Assembly: GCF_030028105.1 (NCBI RefSeq)
Contig: NC_092376.1
Location: 178,846,080 to 178,910,079 of the forward strand
Direction: 5' to 3'
DNA from: Mobula birostris
Lineage: Eukaryota
Length of the DNA stretch: 64,000 nt
Positions 24,301 through 37,693 of the stretch are shown one piece after another; position 1 is the stretch's first letter; each line of letters starts with the position of its first letter. The notes under the pieces are model-generated. The model was not told the DNA's origin, did no database searches, and saw only the letters and a list, made by a program, of their open reading frames with translations. Position numbers and translations under genes: made by a program.

Positions 24301-25510
24301 GTGGAGTTATTGACCCCTACCTGCTTCTAACTTCAACCCACAGACAATCAGTAGACAATCCCTCCATGACTTCTTCGTTTTCTGCAGCCGTGGCACTATC
24401 TGTGATCAGCAGTGCCACGCCCCCACCTTTTTGCCTCCCTCCCTGTCCTTTCTGACGTATCTATCGCCTGGCAATCTAAGTAACCATTCCTGCCCCTGAA
24501 CCATCCAAGTATCTGCAATAGCCACAACATCATAGCTCCAAATAGTGATCCACGCTCTAAGCTATCCGCTTTGTTCATGATGCTTCTTACATTAAAATAG
24601 ACACATCTAAAACAATCGGTCTGAGCGCATCCCTTCTCTATCACCTTCCTATCCTCCTTCTCGAACTGTCTCCAATCTTTCTCCGTTTGTTTGCTAACAG
24701 CCCATCCTCCGTCTCTTGAGTTCGTTTCCCATCCCCAGCAATTCGAATTTAAACTCTTCCCAATAGCCTTAGCAAACCTCCCTGCCAGGATGTTAGTCCA
24801 CCTCCGATTCAGGTGCAACGCGGCTTTTTTGTACAGGTCCGAAAAGAGGTCCCAATAATGCAGTAATCTGAATCCCTGCCCCCTACTGCAATCCCTGAGC
24901 CATGCATTCATCCTCAACCTCAGTTTATTCGTATACTCACTGTTGCGTAGCACAGACAGTAATCCAGAGATTACTATCTTTGAGGTCCTGCTTCTCAACC
25001 TCCTCCCTAGCTCCTTGTAGTTTGTTTTCAGAGCCTCCTCCTCCCCTTTCCTACCTATGTCGTTGGTATCAGACGCACCACGACCACTGATGTGCACCTT
25101 TCCATTTCAGGATACCGTGGACGCGATCCGAAACATCCTGGACCCTGGCACGGGGGAGGCAAACTACCATCCGGGTTTGTTTCCTGCGTCCACAGAGTCG
25201 CCTGTCTGACCTCCTAACTGTTGATTCCCCTTAGTAGGCTGTCCCCCGCCAAGAGCACTGAAACAGGAGTACTTATTGTTAAGGCGGACAGCCACTGTAT
25301 TACTCTCTGGTATTTGCATCTTGCCCATCCCTCTTCTGACTGTTACCCACTTATCTGTCTCCAGAGGCCCTGTGTGACTACAATTTGACGCACCTGGAAG
25401 CTGACTAAGAAGCTGCAATTTGACGCACCTGGCTGAAATTTGTCCGCTCTACAAAGCTGTCTCCATTTAAACTTCGCGCCGGTCTAACTCGCAGTGGTCT
25501 CTTTTCGCTC
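18383..25510 (-). mobile_element. Near full-length decayed CR1, interrupted by a second CR1 at 20364-23710
   Basis: (CATAGAAA)n tail at 18383-18410; RT fragments (NYRPVSFTSVVGKLME, MDFSK). The host breaks at ~20363 and resumes at ~23712 with endonuclease and ORF1 (TNDIGRKG..ALHLN). Confidence 0.85.
20364..23710 (-). mobile_element. CR1 of a second subfamily ((CTATTGT)n-type tail), nested
   Basis: AGACAAT repeats at 20364-20386; VYLDFQKAFDKVPH, LKVLYMNARSIRNK, VVVGDSIVRGTERGFC. Confidence 0.9.
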
Positions 25511-25834
25511 CTTATGCAAATATAAGGACAAGAAATTGCTCAGAATGGAAAAAAATAGCGTAAGCTAATACAGTGAGTACAGAATGGTACAGTGGCGAAA
25601 ATTTGAAATGAAGCAGAATGCTGAATTTCTGTAGAAAGGAACGGATAGCTTTCTGACAAAGTATGTGACCGATAGTAAGATAGGTGGAGGAGGGAGTAGT
25701 TTTGGCAAACCAGAGAATTTGCAGAAGGAATAAGGCAGATAATGAGAATGGGCAAATAACTGGCACATGGAATATAGTGGAGGGAAGTGCATGGTAATGC
25801 ATTTTGACAGAACGAGTGAAGGCGTTGACTATTA

Positions 25835-28800
25835 GGATCATCAGGCCATAACATATAGGAGCAGAATTAAGACATCTGGTCGGTCCATTGACTCTGTTCC
25901 GTCATTCCATCATGACTGATCCAATTATCATTTCAGCCCATTCTCCTGCCTTCTCCCCATATCCTTTCATTCCCTGACCAAAAATATACAGAAAGCTTTG
26001 AAAACGACAGCTGCCTGTGGCAAGAATTTCACAGATTCAGCACTCTCTGACTAATTATATTCTTTTTCATCTCTTTTCCAAAAGGTTTCCCCTCTAATCT
26101 GAGTCTGTGCCTCTGGTCTTAGATTTCCCATCAGAGGAAACATTCTCTTCACATTCATTCTATTAAGGCTTTGCACCATTCGTTGGGTTTTAATGAGGCC
26201 ACCCCTCGTTCTACTGAATTTCATAAGCCATCCTGGAATAATTTTCGTGAGTCTCCTTTGAAAATCTCCAGTTTCAGTACATCTTCTCTAAGATAAGGGG
26301 CCCAAATCTGCTCACAATACTCCAAGTGAGGCCTCAGTAATGCTTTATAAAGTTTCAACATGATATCCTTGCTTTTATATTCCAGTCCTCTTAAAATGAA
26401 TGCTATCGTTGCATTTGCCTTTCCCACCCAGACTCATCCTGCAAGTTACTCTTGAGGGAATCCTGAACAAGGACTCCCAAGTCCATCTGCACTCCCGTTT
26501 TTATTTTTATTTTCTCTGCATTTAGAAAATAGTCATCCCTATCAGTTCTTTCACCAAAGCGAATGACCATACACTTCCCGGCATGGTATTCCATCTGCCA
26601 CTTCTTGCTCATTCTCCTTATCTGACTAAGCCCTTCTGTTGCCTCCCTACTTGCCCCTCCATCTAGCATCATATCGGCAGTAAGCTTTGCAACAAAGCCA
26701 TCAACTCCATTATATAAATCATTAGCGTATAAAATAAAAGAATCGGTCCCAACAGAGAACCCTGTGGAACACTAATATTCACCGGCAGCCGGTCAGAAAA
26801 GGCTCCCTTTATTCCCACTCTTTGCCTTCTGCCAATTAGCCACTGTTTGATCCATGCTAGAACATTTCCCTTGAGGACATACGAGATGTGGTTGATAAGT
26901 TCGTAGCCTAAGTTAGAAGGAGTCAATTTTAGAAAACCTAGCACATTTATTTTTTCCTATACTTACACGCTTAGGGCAGCGGTCGTGGAGCATACAGATC
27001 CCTTCTTTGTAGAAGTTGGCGTCTTGGACTTCCAGAAGTGATTGGTAAGTTCGTGGCCTAAAGTAGAAGGAGATGAGGACAAACTACAAACTTTCTGCAT
27101 TTTCACTCAAAGAGTTCAACTGCACTTGCATGTAACGAGAGCTATATAACTCATCTCCTTTCACCTTATGTCACGAACTTATCAATCACCCCTGCTGTGG
27201 ACCACCTGGAGGTCCAAGACTTTCTTGTTACATGCACGTGCAGTTCAACTCTTTGAGTGATAATGCAGAAAGTTTGAAGTTAATAACTCATCTCCTTCTA
27301 CCTTAGGCCACGAACCTATCAATCTCCCCTACAAAGAAGGGATCCGTATGCTCCACGACCGCTGGACTAAATGTGTACATGTAGGAGGGGACTATGTTGA
27401 AAACTAAATGTGTTAGGTTTTCTAAAATGGACGCCTTCTACCTTAGACCACAAACTTATCAATCACCCCTTGTATGCTGTCTACAACCTGCATTATTTTG
27501 TGCCTTAGTACACTAAGATTTCGTTATTAATAATCGACCCCAACATCTTCCCGACCACTGAGGTCAGACTAACTGGTCTCTAGTTTCCTTTATTCTGCAT
27601 CTCGCTTCTTGAAGAGTGGAGTGACCTTTACACTTTTCGAGTCTTCCAGAACAATTTCAGAAGCTAATGATTATTGGAAGATCATTTCTAATGTCTCCAC
27701 GAAATCTTCAGCCACTTATTTCAAAACTGTAGGATGTACACCATCTAGTGCAGGTGACGTACGTACCTTCAGGCCTTCAGTTGCCCAAGAACCTTCTTTC
27801 TAGTTATGGGATCTTCACACACACTGAACGGGCCCTGACACCGGGAACTTCCACCATACTGCTAATATCTTCCCCAGGGAAGACTGATGCAAAATGTTAA
27901 TTCATTTTGTCCGCTATCTCTCAGTACCCGATCACTATCTCTCCAGTATCGTTTCCCAGCGGTATAATATTGACTCTCACCTCTCCTTTACACTTTACGT
28001 TCCTGAAGAAACGTATGCTTTCCTGTATTATTATAGGCTAGATCACTTTCGTGTCCATCTTTATCTTCGTAATGACTTTTTAAGATGCTTTCGGTTGGTT
28101 TTTAAAATCTTCCCAATTCTCAAGCTTCCCAATGATTTTTGCTCTATTAAATGCTCTCTCTGGCCTTTATATTGGCTTTAATTTCTCTTGTTATCCATTG
28201 TTGTGTCATCTGCCTTTTAGAATAATTCTTCTCTTTAGTATGTATATATCCTGTGTCTTCTGTATTCGTTCCAGAAATTCCAGGCAACGTTCCTCAGCCG
28301 TCATCCTTGACAGTGTTCTTTTGCAATCACTTCTGACCAACTCCTCTCTCATGCCCCTGTCATTCCCCTTATCCACTATAATGCTAGTACATCTGACTTT
28401 CGCTTCTCCTTCAGAAATTTCAGGGTGAATTCGGTCATATTATGATCACTTTCCCTGAAAGGTTTTTTTAAAATCTTAAACTCTAATGTCAATTCTGGTT
28501 AATCGCAAAACACCCAATCCAGAACAGCTGTTTCTCTTGTGGGCTCAACCACGAGGTACTCTGCAAAAACCATTTCTTAAGCACTCCAGAAATTCCACTC
28601 CCTGTAATTGAGCTGCAACATTATTTTCCCAATCTGTCTGCATATTGAAGTCCCCCATGACTATTGTATCATTAACCCTTTGTTTTGCATTTTCTATCTT
28701 CCGTCTTAATTGGTAGGCCACATCCTTGCTATTGTTTGGTGGTATATATGCTCCTCCCATATGGATTCCTTTACCTTTGCAGTTCCCTAGCACTATCCAC

Positions 28801-29990
28801 AATAATTCAACACCTTGCGACCCCATGTCCACTCTTTCTAATGATTTCATTTCATCTTTCTTTTACCAAAGGGATCACGTCGTCCCCCGTCTTTCGTCCT
28901 ATCCTTCTGGTGCAATGCGTATCCTTTGACGTTAAGCTCCAAGCTATAATCTTTGTGCCATGATTCATTGATAGCTACAACATCATACGTGCTAATCTGC
29001 AACTGTGCTGCAAGTTCGTCTACGTTTTTCAGTACACTGCTGGCATTCAGATACAACAGCTTCAATCCTGTATTCAGGCTTTTCAATTTGGTCTGCCTTT
29101 TACGTTGCAACTCATCCTGTTAACTGTAATTTTGCCCTATCAACCGCTTCTCCTCACTACACATTGCCTCTGTCTGTAAAACAGCAACTTCATCTTCAGC
29201 ACTATTTTCCGCCTTTCCTGCATTGAAATACAGGCATCTCAGGACACTAGTCACAAAATGCTCAACCTTCAGTTTCCTAATTTTGTCTGAGGTCTTACCA
29301 AGATCTACTTCCACAGCATCTCCACTCAATGTTTTGGCACTCTGCTTCCTACCATGCAGAATTAACAAGCCATACTGCCTGCATATTAGTCACCTTCCAT
29401 TTCAGGTGCTGAACGTCCTACTGTACAGGTCCCACCCTACCTGGGAAAAAAAAATGATCCAAAAATATTTTGCCCTCCCTCCCACGTATTAAACCCTATA
29501 ACCTCGCTAGTTCGGCCGCACTAGCACATAGCGCGGTTAACACTCCTGAGATCACAACCCTGGAGGCCCTGCCTTTTGATTTAGCATGTAGCTTCCTGAA
29601 CACTCTCTGCAGAACCTCGTCATTTGTCGCAACCATCTTATTGGTACATAAATGGACCAGGACTTCCGGTTGTTCTCCTTCCCACTCATGGTTAATGAGG
29701 ACTAAATCCGAGTTATCCCAGACCCTCGCACGCGACAATCTCGTTCTTGCCCACAGCACCTACTGTTCGTTCCCATTACTAACCAATCTCCTATCATCAC
29801 AACGTGCCTCTTCTCCTCCCTTCCCTTCTGAGACACAGAGGCAGCCACTGCCAGCGACCAGACGACTGTCACTTTCCTCTGTTAGATCATCCTGCTGACA
29901 GATTCCCAAATGATATATCTCTTGTTGAGAGTGATTGCTACAGGGGCACTCTCCACTGGCTCCTTAACCTCGTCCCATCTTTTTTTCCAA
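25835..29990 (-). mobile_element. Older decayed CR1 (composite), interrupted by a mariner MITE
   Basis: LLRPHLEYC, VPQGSLLGP, VMGDFNMQTDW, LKLLYLNASS, PEVLVHLCTN fragments. Confidence 0.75.
26882..27472. mobile_element. Palindromic Tc1/mariner-derived MITE with TA target duplication
   Basis: TA at 26880-26881 and 27473-27474; ~40-bp TIRs; 27330-27407 translates YKEGIRMLHDRWTKCVHVGGDYVEN*, the mariner transposase C-terminus, and is mirrored in the left arm. Confidence 0.88.
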
Positions 29991-30144
29991 ACGGGGCGTA
30001 CATTTAGAAATCAGAGGTGCTAGGGGGGCTTGGGAGTCTACTTACAGGATTCACTAAAGGATAACTTCCTGGTTGAATCCGTGGTAAGAAAGACAAATGC
30101 AAATGTTACTATTCCCTTTGAGAGGATGCAGTGCTACGGCTTTA

Positions 30145-30895
30145 TGGAGACTTAAGGCTCAATGCTAAGGGAGACAGGAGCGGAGTTAAGATTGCGCTAT
30201 ACGGCGACTCGTTTGCTTGCATCTTCGGAAACAGCTCTATTTCCTTCATTGATATCTTTATTTTTTCCCTTTTAGGGATCTTTTGAAGACACTGACCTGG
30301 AGTTGCACGCAGACTTCGGTTCTTTGCGGGAGTGGGATCCGTTCTCGGGATTTCAGGACTGCCGTTATTCAGCACGCCAAGTGTTCCAGCTTGTACTTGG
30401 AAGCCTAAGATCTTGAGGCGCTGGAGATGGGCAGATCGAGGGGTGGTGTCACGGCAGGAGACTCGTGTGTCGTCGGGGGAGTCGGAAAACTACTACTGTG
30501 GGCCCGAAAACCCGAGATCTTTGCGAGCTTCAGGCACAGAGCTCGAAAAGAGCGACGTAACGGATATTTAAAATCGTAAACCAGCGAGTTGCTGTTACGT
30601 GTCCCCACTGGATGGGAAAATGGAGACACCTCCCTCTCTCTTCTAAGGGAGAGGAGAACCTGTGGTATGTCGAATGCCGGATGAAACGCGAAGTCTCTGT
30701 GGTAACTGCGAGTCTGTGTCTTTGCTATTGCTTTGCTCACGCTTGGCTGCTTGCTGGCGGTGCTGATGCTTGCTTTTTTTGCCGGTGGGGGGAGGAGGGA
30801 TCTTTGCTTGCTGCCGCTTACGCACAGGAGGGGGGAGTTGGGGGTAGTGGCTCTATGGTTCTCGCGTTTAGCTGTCGTTCATTCTTTGGGGTGTT
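30145..30895 (+). repeat. Unclassified CpG-rich interspersed repeat (probable non-autonomous retroelement)
   Basis: Abrupt GC/CpG-rich block with no credible ORF; family not identifiable by eye. Confidence 0.35.
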
Positions 30896-32714
30896 ATGTG
30901 CTAACAGCAACAGAACACAGACTCAGTTTTTAATGTTAAACAACTATATTTTCAGTATCTGCCCAAAATACAGACAATTAAACCAGTTACTCCCCTAAAC
31001 AACAATTAACAGTGCTATGCTTTTGTAGCTCACAAAAAGGTGTCATGTTTGGGAACAGTTCTTCTTAAATCTTACTCAAACACAGTCCCAGAAATGGCAA
31101 TACAGATGATTCCAGAAATCCACGGAAACAGGTGAGGGAAAGAAACTTGTGAATCCACACTAAGAAGACGCGAGTCGGCGATCACGGAAAATTCCAGAGC
31201 ATCCACGCTGGGAAAACTAGATAGCAGTCACAGTAGATTCCAGACGTTGAGTACCGTTCCAAAATCCATCTAGGGATATCACAAGGTGACTGTAACGGAA
31301 TATTCCTTAACACATGTGGTCGCCACCTAACACACCCAAATCGCCACAGGAATACTCCAGAAATCCAAGTATGGATCATGTGAAGTGACAGTCAAGTATC
31401 CAAAATGCACTGTGTGCCGCTAATTATAACAATCCTCTGGACATGGAGAAGGATTAGACTCGTCCGCTGCTGCAGCGAACTCTTCAACTATCTCCACCCA
31501 GCTCGCTCTCCTGCTGGTACTTCGCAGTCTGCTGCTCCTTCTCTGCCGAATGTCCCAGAAACCTGTCCGCATTTTTAAAAATAACGTCATCCACCCGCCT
31601 TGTCCAGGCGCCTAAAATGAAAACAAAACGTTGACATGTAATAGGGACACTTCCCTGTTTTCGTGGATGTTTGCGAAGTAAAAAAGATTTGAGATTGTAT
31701 ATTTGATACATTTTTCTGACATTAAATTGGACCTTTGAACCTTTGAAACTTTATAAGGTATTGTTCATATCGCACTTCCATTACACTCATCGCAGAGGAG
31801 TACACTTAGCAGTTTCGTACCTCTTTTGTTCAACGGTTTCATAGCTGCAATTTGCAAAGAACAGACAGAATTACATAGTGATCCACGGATATTTTCTCTT
31901 TGAAACTTTAGTAGGCAAAAAAAGTCCTCTGTCACCAAAATAGCCGTGTATAAGTATTTTTCGAAGTAAACTTCATCTGGAATTTCTCTGCTGGTATTGT
32001 CGATGTAGGCCTTCTCAACAAGTTGAATCTTTGGAACATAATTGTCTGATTGACACATTTTCTCAGAATTACGAAACAACGTGGGACGAAGTTAAATTAT
32101 ATTCACCATTATACTGGGCCTCTTATCTAAGAAGAAAACGTGTTGGCATTGCAGAGGGTCCAAAGGAAATGAATGAATATGATTCTGAAATTGAAAGGGT
32201 TCACAAATGAGTAGCATTTGGTGGCTCTGGTCTTAAAGTCACTGGAATTCAGAAGAATTATGTCAGATTAAGGGGTGGGGAGGGGGTCTCGTTGAAATCT
32301 TTTGAATATTGAAAGGCCTAGAACATGGAGAGTATGATTCCTATAACGGGGAATATAGGAGAAGGTGGCAGAGCGTGAAAATAGATCAGGAAATATTTAG
32401 GTCTACTATCTGAGCAGAATTGGATTTTTGTATAGTATACTAAAGAGCAAAAGAAAAGCGTAGTATTCTGTATTATTCCTGTTGTCTTAAAGAATAGAAG
32501 AAGACAAGAGAATCAATCAGCCTATATTTAGGGGATGATAATCTTCTTAATAAGTATTCAATGAAACAGTACATATATTTGGTCTTTCGTAGAGTCCCAG
32601 TGTACACAGTTTCATTCAAGGTTTTCTCCATACTATTTGAAAGGCTTATAAATGTAGCATCTCGTTTTGTTTCTCAGAACTAAATATTTATTCAACCAAT
32701 AATTTAAAAATAAG

Positions 32715-33338
32715 AACAGGGATGTTGGAATATAAGAGCAGTGATGTGATGTTGAGGCTCTATAAGGCATTCGTGAGACAACACGTAGAGTATTGGTTGC
32801 ACATTGGGGCTCCTTATTTTAGAAAGGATATACTGACATTGGAGAGGGTTCACAGAAGAGTCTCGAGAATGATTCCTGGAATGAAAGGGTTACCATATGA
32901 GGAACATCTGACAGCTCCTGGGCTGCATTTCCTGGAGTTTAGAAGAATGAGGGGGGATCTCATCGAAACATTCTGTATGTTAAAAGGCCTGAACAGATTA
33001 GATATGGCAAAGTTATTACCCATGGTAGGGGAGTCTAGAACAAGAAGGCACGACTTCAGGAATGAAGGACGTCCATTTAGAACAGAGATGCGGCGGAATT
33101 AGTTTAGTCAGAGGGTGGTAAATCTATGCAATTTATTGCCACGAGCGGCTGTGGAGGCCAAGTCATTGGGTGCATTTAAGACAGAGATAGATAGGTTCTT
33201 GATTACCCAGGGAGAAGGTAGGGGAGTGAGGATGACTGGAAGAATAGGATCAGCTAATGATTTAATGGTGGAGCAGACTCCAAGGGTCGAATAGCCTACT
33301 TCTGCCTATATATTTTATGGTCTTATGGTCGTATGGTC
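32715..33338 (+). mobile_element. CR1 3' fragment
   Basis: LYKAFVRQHVEY..LERVHRR..EFRRMRGDLIE; (TTATGGTC)n tail at 33315-33338. Confidence 0.9.
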
Positions 33339-33840
33339 AATGACTTCCTTCCTTTCCCCGAAACCACCATACTCATGGTTGGCATCGAGTGTGAAATAAT
33401 ACTCTGAATATGTTGTAACAAATTAAAAACATGAGATGGCCGAATTTGCCATGTTAATAAAATCCAAAAAAAAAGAAATTAACTTCTGCGTAAATATTGT
33501 TGGAATAGAAATGAATATCAATGTCCATTATCTATTAGATGGCCATACCAGTCACGACCATGTCTTTGTCTCCAACAACCCTTATTTAAACACCGTATGA
33601 AAAAGACGAAATTCATTCTAAATTTAGTGATATCAATACCATCATGTTCTCGATTCTCCACTTACAGATCCGAATATTTACAAATAAATTCTCAAGAATA
33701 TCTAATTCAATGTTTTTGAGGTTACTGTTACTTCAAAAATATTTATTTGTTAGAACTAATAATAAACTCCAGCTGCAAACAAACGGATATGTATATAGAT
33801 CGCATTAGGTTACTACCCTTAACGGGTTCCAAAATAAGTG

Positions 33841-34598
33841 TCAATAGACAATAGACAATAGACAATAGGTGGTGGACTAGGTCATTCCATCCTTCGAGCT
33901 AGCACCGCCATTCACTGTGATCATGGCTGATCATCCACAATCAGTATCCAGTTCCTGCCTTATCCCCATAACCTTTAATTCCGCTATCTTTAAGAACTCT
34001 ATCGATCTCTTTCTTGAAAGCATCCAGAGACTTGTCTCCACAGCCTATGGAGCAGAGCATTCCATATATCCACCACTGGAGCAGAGCATTCCATATATCC
34101 ACCACTCTCTGGGTGAAAAAGTTTTTCCTCAACTCCGTTCTAAATGGCCTACCCTTTATTCTTAAACTGTGGCCTCTGATTCTGGACTCACCCATCAGAG
34201 GGAACATGCTTCCTGCCTCCAGCGTATCGAATCCCTTAATAATCTTATATGTTTCAATAAGATCCCCTCTCAGCCTTCTAAATTCCAGAGTATACAAGCC
34301 CAGTCGCTCCAATCTTTCAACATATGACAGTCCCACCATCCCGGAAATTAACCTTGTGAACCTACGCTGCACTCTTCAATAGCAAGAATGTCCTTCCTCA
34401 AATCTGGAGACCAAAACTACACACAGTATTCCAGGTGTGGTCTCACCAGGGCCCTGTACAGCTGCAGAAGGACCTCTTTGCTCTTACACTCAATTCCCCT
34501 TGTTATGAAGGCCAGCATGCCATTAGCTTTCTTCACTGCCTGCTGTACTTGCATGCTTGCTTTCAATGACTGATGTACAAGAACACCTAGATCTCGTT
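33841..34598 (-). mobile_element. CR1 3' fragment (same subfamily as 20364-23710), with a 29-bp internal tandem duplication
   Basis: (CAATAGA)n tail; LVRPHLEYCV, LEFRRLRGDLIE; duplication at 34048-34076 / 34077-34105. Confidence 0.9.
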
Positions 34599-34952
34599 GT
34601 GATATACAAATCATTTTGTTTTTTAATACATTGAACTATATTACTGAACCGAAAGTGTAGAACTGCCCCAGTGCAATGTGCATTCAGATTTAAAATCTCT
34701 TGCGCATATTGTGTTTGTGCAATTCATATCACAGAACAAATGTAGAAAGCTAACTGTCATGGCGGATACGAGGGTAAAACAGACGTTTAATATAACTGAA
34801 TCATAGAAATGTTCATGGAATTTAACTGCTCCCGATTACATTCTGAGTGATTTTGTAGGACGTACTAAATTTAAGGTTAAAATGTCATCTAAAAGCAGTT
34901 TTATGTTTTACGATGCTGAACACTGAAAATAAAATTTAATGGGAAACGTCAT

Positions 34953-35124
34953 CAACAACTACATTTTATGGTTGCACACCATTAAATATATAGGATAACA
35001 GTTCAGCTTTAAGAGCCGAACTTGTAATTGTCGAAAAGAACTGGTTGTGTCGCTGTCTACCAATGAGAAACTCAATTCCACAGATGGATCCATTGCCCCT
35101 CCCACACCCAGAATAAAAGGACAG
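34953..35124 (+). promoter_or_regulatory. Protocadherin gene 2 promoter with CSE
   Basis: 48-bp block at 35022-35069; CGCT at 35051-35054, 255 bp before the ATG; CCAAT, GATCCATTGCCCCTCC and GAATAAAAGGA conserved. Confidence 0.85.
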
Positions 35125-35305
35125 AGTTGACGAAAGAGACGGCCATTGCGTGCGTTTACATTATGGTGTTAAGCTGAGGCGGGCAAATCTTCTGTCCGTT
35201 TAGATCGGTTATTTATCTGTATGTGTATATATTTTGTATTAAGGATAGTGCGTCACGAATTAATCGAGACGAAGCCTTTTTTTTAAATCAACTGAATGCG
35301 GAACA

Positions 35306-37693
35306 ATGGAGTGGGCTTGGAGGTTAAGCTGCACTGTAATTGCGTCCATCTTTATCGTGTGTACCCCGGCTCGGATTTTAGGACAACTTATTTATTCTAT
35401 TCCTGAGGAAATGGGCGAAGGGACAATCATTGGGAATATTGCTCAAGATTTGGGATTGGATGCACTGCAATTGTCAGCTCGCAAATTTCGGCTCAGCTCT
35501 GCTAACGGAGAACGGTACATGAAGGTTAGTTCGGATAATGGGCTTCTATCTATTCGTGAAAAAATCGATAGGGAACGTATTTGTGGGCAAGCAGATATGT
35601 GTACGATACCTTTGGAAATAATACTGGAAAATCCGTTTGAGGTGTATCGTGGGAAAGTGGAGATTCTTGATATAAATGATAACTCTCCTATATTCCGGGA
35701 CAAAAACATTGCCTTGCAAATTTCTGAAGCTATTGCGCCTGGCGTACGTTTTCGACTCAAGAGTGCGGATGATGCTGATACTGGTATGAATACTATCGCG
35801 AATTACACAATCAGTTCGAGTGATTACTTCAGTCTGAAAACACGGAGAACCGAGGAGGGTATTATAATTGCTGAGTTGCTGTTAGAGAAACCTTTGGATC
35901 GAGAGCTACAATCATCCTTTCAACTGGTGCTTACTGCTGAGGATGGTGGGAAACCCCCGAGAACCGAAACAGCTCAGATCCTCATTACTGTACTGGACAT
36001 TAATGATAATCCTCCTGTATTCGAGCATGATGTTTACAGGGCAAGCATTATTGAAAACGCACCGCAAGGAGAGGTAGTGATACAAGTTAAAGCAACTGAT
36101 TTGGACGAAGGGCTGAATGCAGAGGTAACATATTCTTTCAGTGATGTTACTTCCTTGCGAAAAAATCGGGATTTGTTCAGCTTGAACGGAAATACTGGAG
36201 AGATTCGAGTGGAAGGACTGCTAGATTATGAAGAATCTAGTAGTTATTCAATTGATATTCAAGCTGTTGATCACGGTTCACCTGCGATTACGGGACACTC
36301 GAAAGTGCTAATCAAGGTCATTGACATGAATGACAACGCACCCGAAATAAAAATGACGTCAGCCACCAAGCAAGTCCCAGAAAATGCTTCGCCGGGAACA
36401 TTAATCACCTTGATCGATGTTATCGATCGAGATTCTGGGAAGAACGGTCAAGTGCGCTGCGAAGTACGTCAGAAGGTCCCCTTTCTACTGCAAACATCAT
36501 CTAATCATTACAAATTAATTACAAGTGAAACGCTGGACCGTGAAACGTTATCAGAGTACAAAATATTCGTTTCAGCTTGGGATTTAGGGTCCCCATCACT
36601 TGCAACAAATAAAACCATCCATATTGTAATTACTGATATCAATGATAACGCCCCAAGCTTTGCTGAACAACCCTACAACGTATATGTGACTGAAAATTGC
36701 TCTCCTGGCGTCTCTGTCTTTACAGTAACAGCGTCAGATCCCGATCTAGAACAGAATTCCTATGTTTCTTATTCCATTCTGGACAATTACATTCAAAACT
36801 TACCACTGTCTACTTACCTGAGCATTAACTCTATGAACGGCACCGTTTACGCTTTGCGATCCTTTGACTATGAGGAACTGAAAAGTTTTCAGTTCCATGT
36901 TCAGGCCCGTGACGCTGGAGTACCACCGTTGAGCAGCAGCGCTACTGTGAATGTCATCATCCTGGATCAAAATGACAACGCACCAGTGATTGTTTCACCT
37001 TCAGAGCATGGTGAGTCATCAGCCGTGGAAACCCTGCCCCAGTCAGCGGCTCAGGGGTACTTGGTAACAAAGATAATAGCCACTGATGCAGATTCTGGTC
37101 AAAACGGGCGGCTATTTTACCAAATGAGGAAAGCTACTGATACAAGTTTGTTTATCATTGGTCAAACGTCTGGCGAAATCAGAACAGCGCGCCAAATCTT
37201 GCAGCAAGATCCCACGACACAAACTTTGGTAATCTTGGTGAAAGACAACGGGCAGCCAAACCTATCTAGCACAGTTACCCTTCACATCACAATTTTGCGG
37301 AATAGCACCGAAACTCTCACCGAAAGCAGTAATTTATTGAAGAAGCCTGAATATATATCTGATCTAAATCTTTATTTATTGGTTATTTTCAGTTGCACCT
37401 CCATTATCTTTCTTTTGATTATCATTCTGTTGATCGCAATCAAGTGTAAACAGGACAGAAATATGAACCAAGAGTATACATCTCCCAGTTATTGTTACAC
37501 ACGTGGAGATATGCAGGACACGTTTAATCAAAAAAGTGCAATGGAGGAAACTTTACGCTATTCTGGTACAGACCAGGTAGTCCGTGTGCCAGGTCTTCCA
37601 CAGTACTCGGTTTGTCTGTCTCCAGAATCAGCGAAAAGCGACTTCGTTTTTTTGAAGCCATGCCGCCCTCCCACCTCTCAGACTCAACCCTAG
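35306..37693 (+). CDS. Clustered protocadherin (gene 2), 795 aa, single ORF
   Basis: Signal peptide, QLIYSIPEE, IDRERIC-x5-C, 6 EC repeats, TM, YSVCLSPESAKSDFVFLKP tail. Confidence 0.97.
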   Translation: MEWAWRLSCTVIASIFIVCTPARILGQLIYSIPEEMGEGTIIGNIAQDLGLDALQLSARKFRLSSANGERYMKVSSDNGLLSIREKIDRERICGQADMCTIPLEIILENPFEVYRGKVEILDINDNSPIFRDKNIALQISEAIAPGVRFRLKSADDADTGMNTIANYTISSSDYFSLKTRRTEEGIIIAELLLEKPLDRELQSSFQLVLTAEDGGKPPRTETAQILITVLDINDNPPVFEHDVYRASIIENAPQGEVVIQVKATDLDEGLNAEVTYSFSDVTSLRKNRDLFSLNGNTGEIRVEGLLDYEESSSYSIDIQAVDHGSPAITGHSKVLIKVIDMNDNAPEIKMTSATKQVPENASPGTLITLIDVIDRDSGKNGQVRCEVRQKVPFLLQTSSNHYKLITSETLDRETLSEYKIFVSAWDLGSPSLATNKTIHIVITDINDNAPSFAEQPYNVYVTENCSPGVSVFTVTASDPDLEQNSYVSYSILDNYIQNLPLSTYLSINSMNGTVYALRSFDYEELKSFQFHVQARDAGVPPLSSSATVNVIILDQNDNAPVIVSPSEHGESSAVETLPQSAAQGYLVTKIIATDADSGQNGRLFYQMRKATDTSLFIIGQTSGEIRTARQILQQDPTTQTLVILVKDNGQPNLSSTVTLHITILRNSTETLTESSNLLKKPEYISDLNLYLLVIFSCTSIIFLLIIILLIAIKCKQDRNMNQEYTSPSYCYTRGDMQDTFNQKSAMEETLRYSGTDQVVRVPGLPQYSVCLSPESAKSDFVFLKPCRPPTSQTQP

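Noticed and set aside
34048-34105. 29-bp direct repeat near the gene 2 promoter as a regulatory element
   Set aside because: A simple local duplication inside a CR1 fragment, absent from the sister copy at ~20560.
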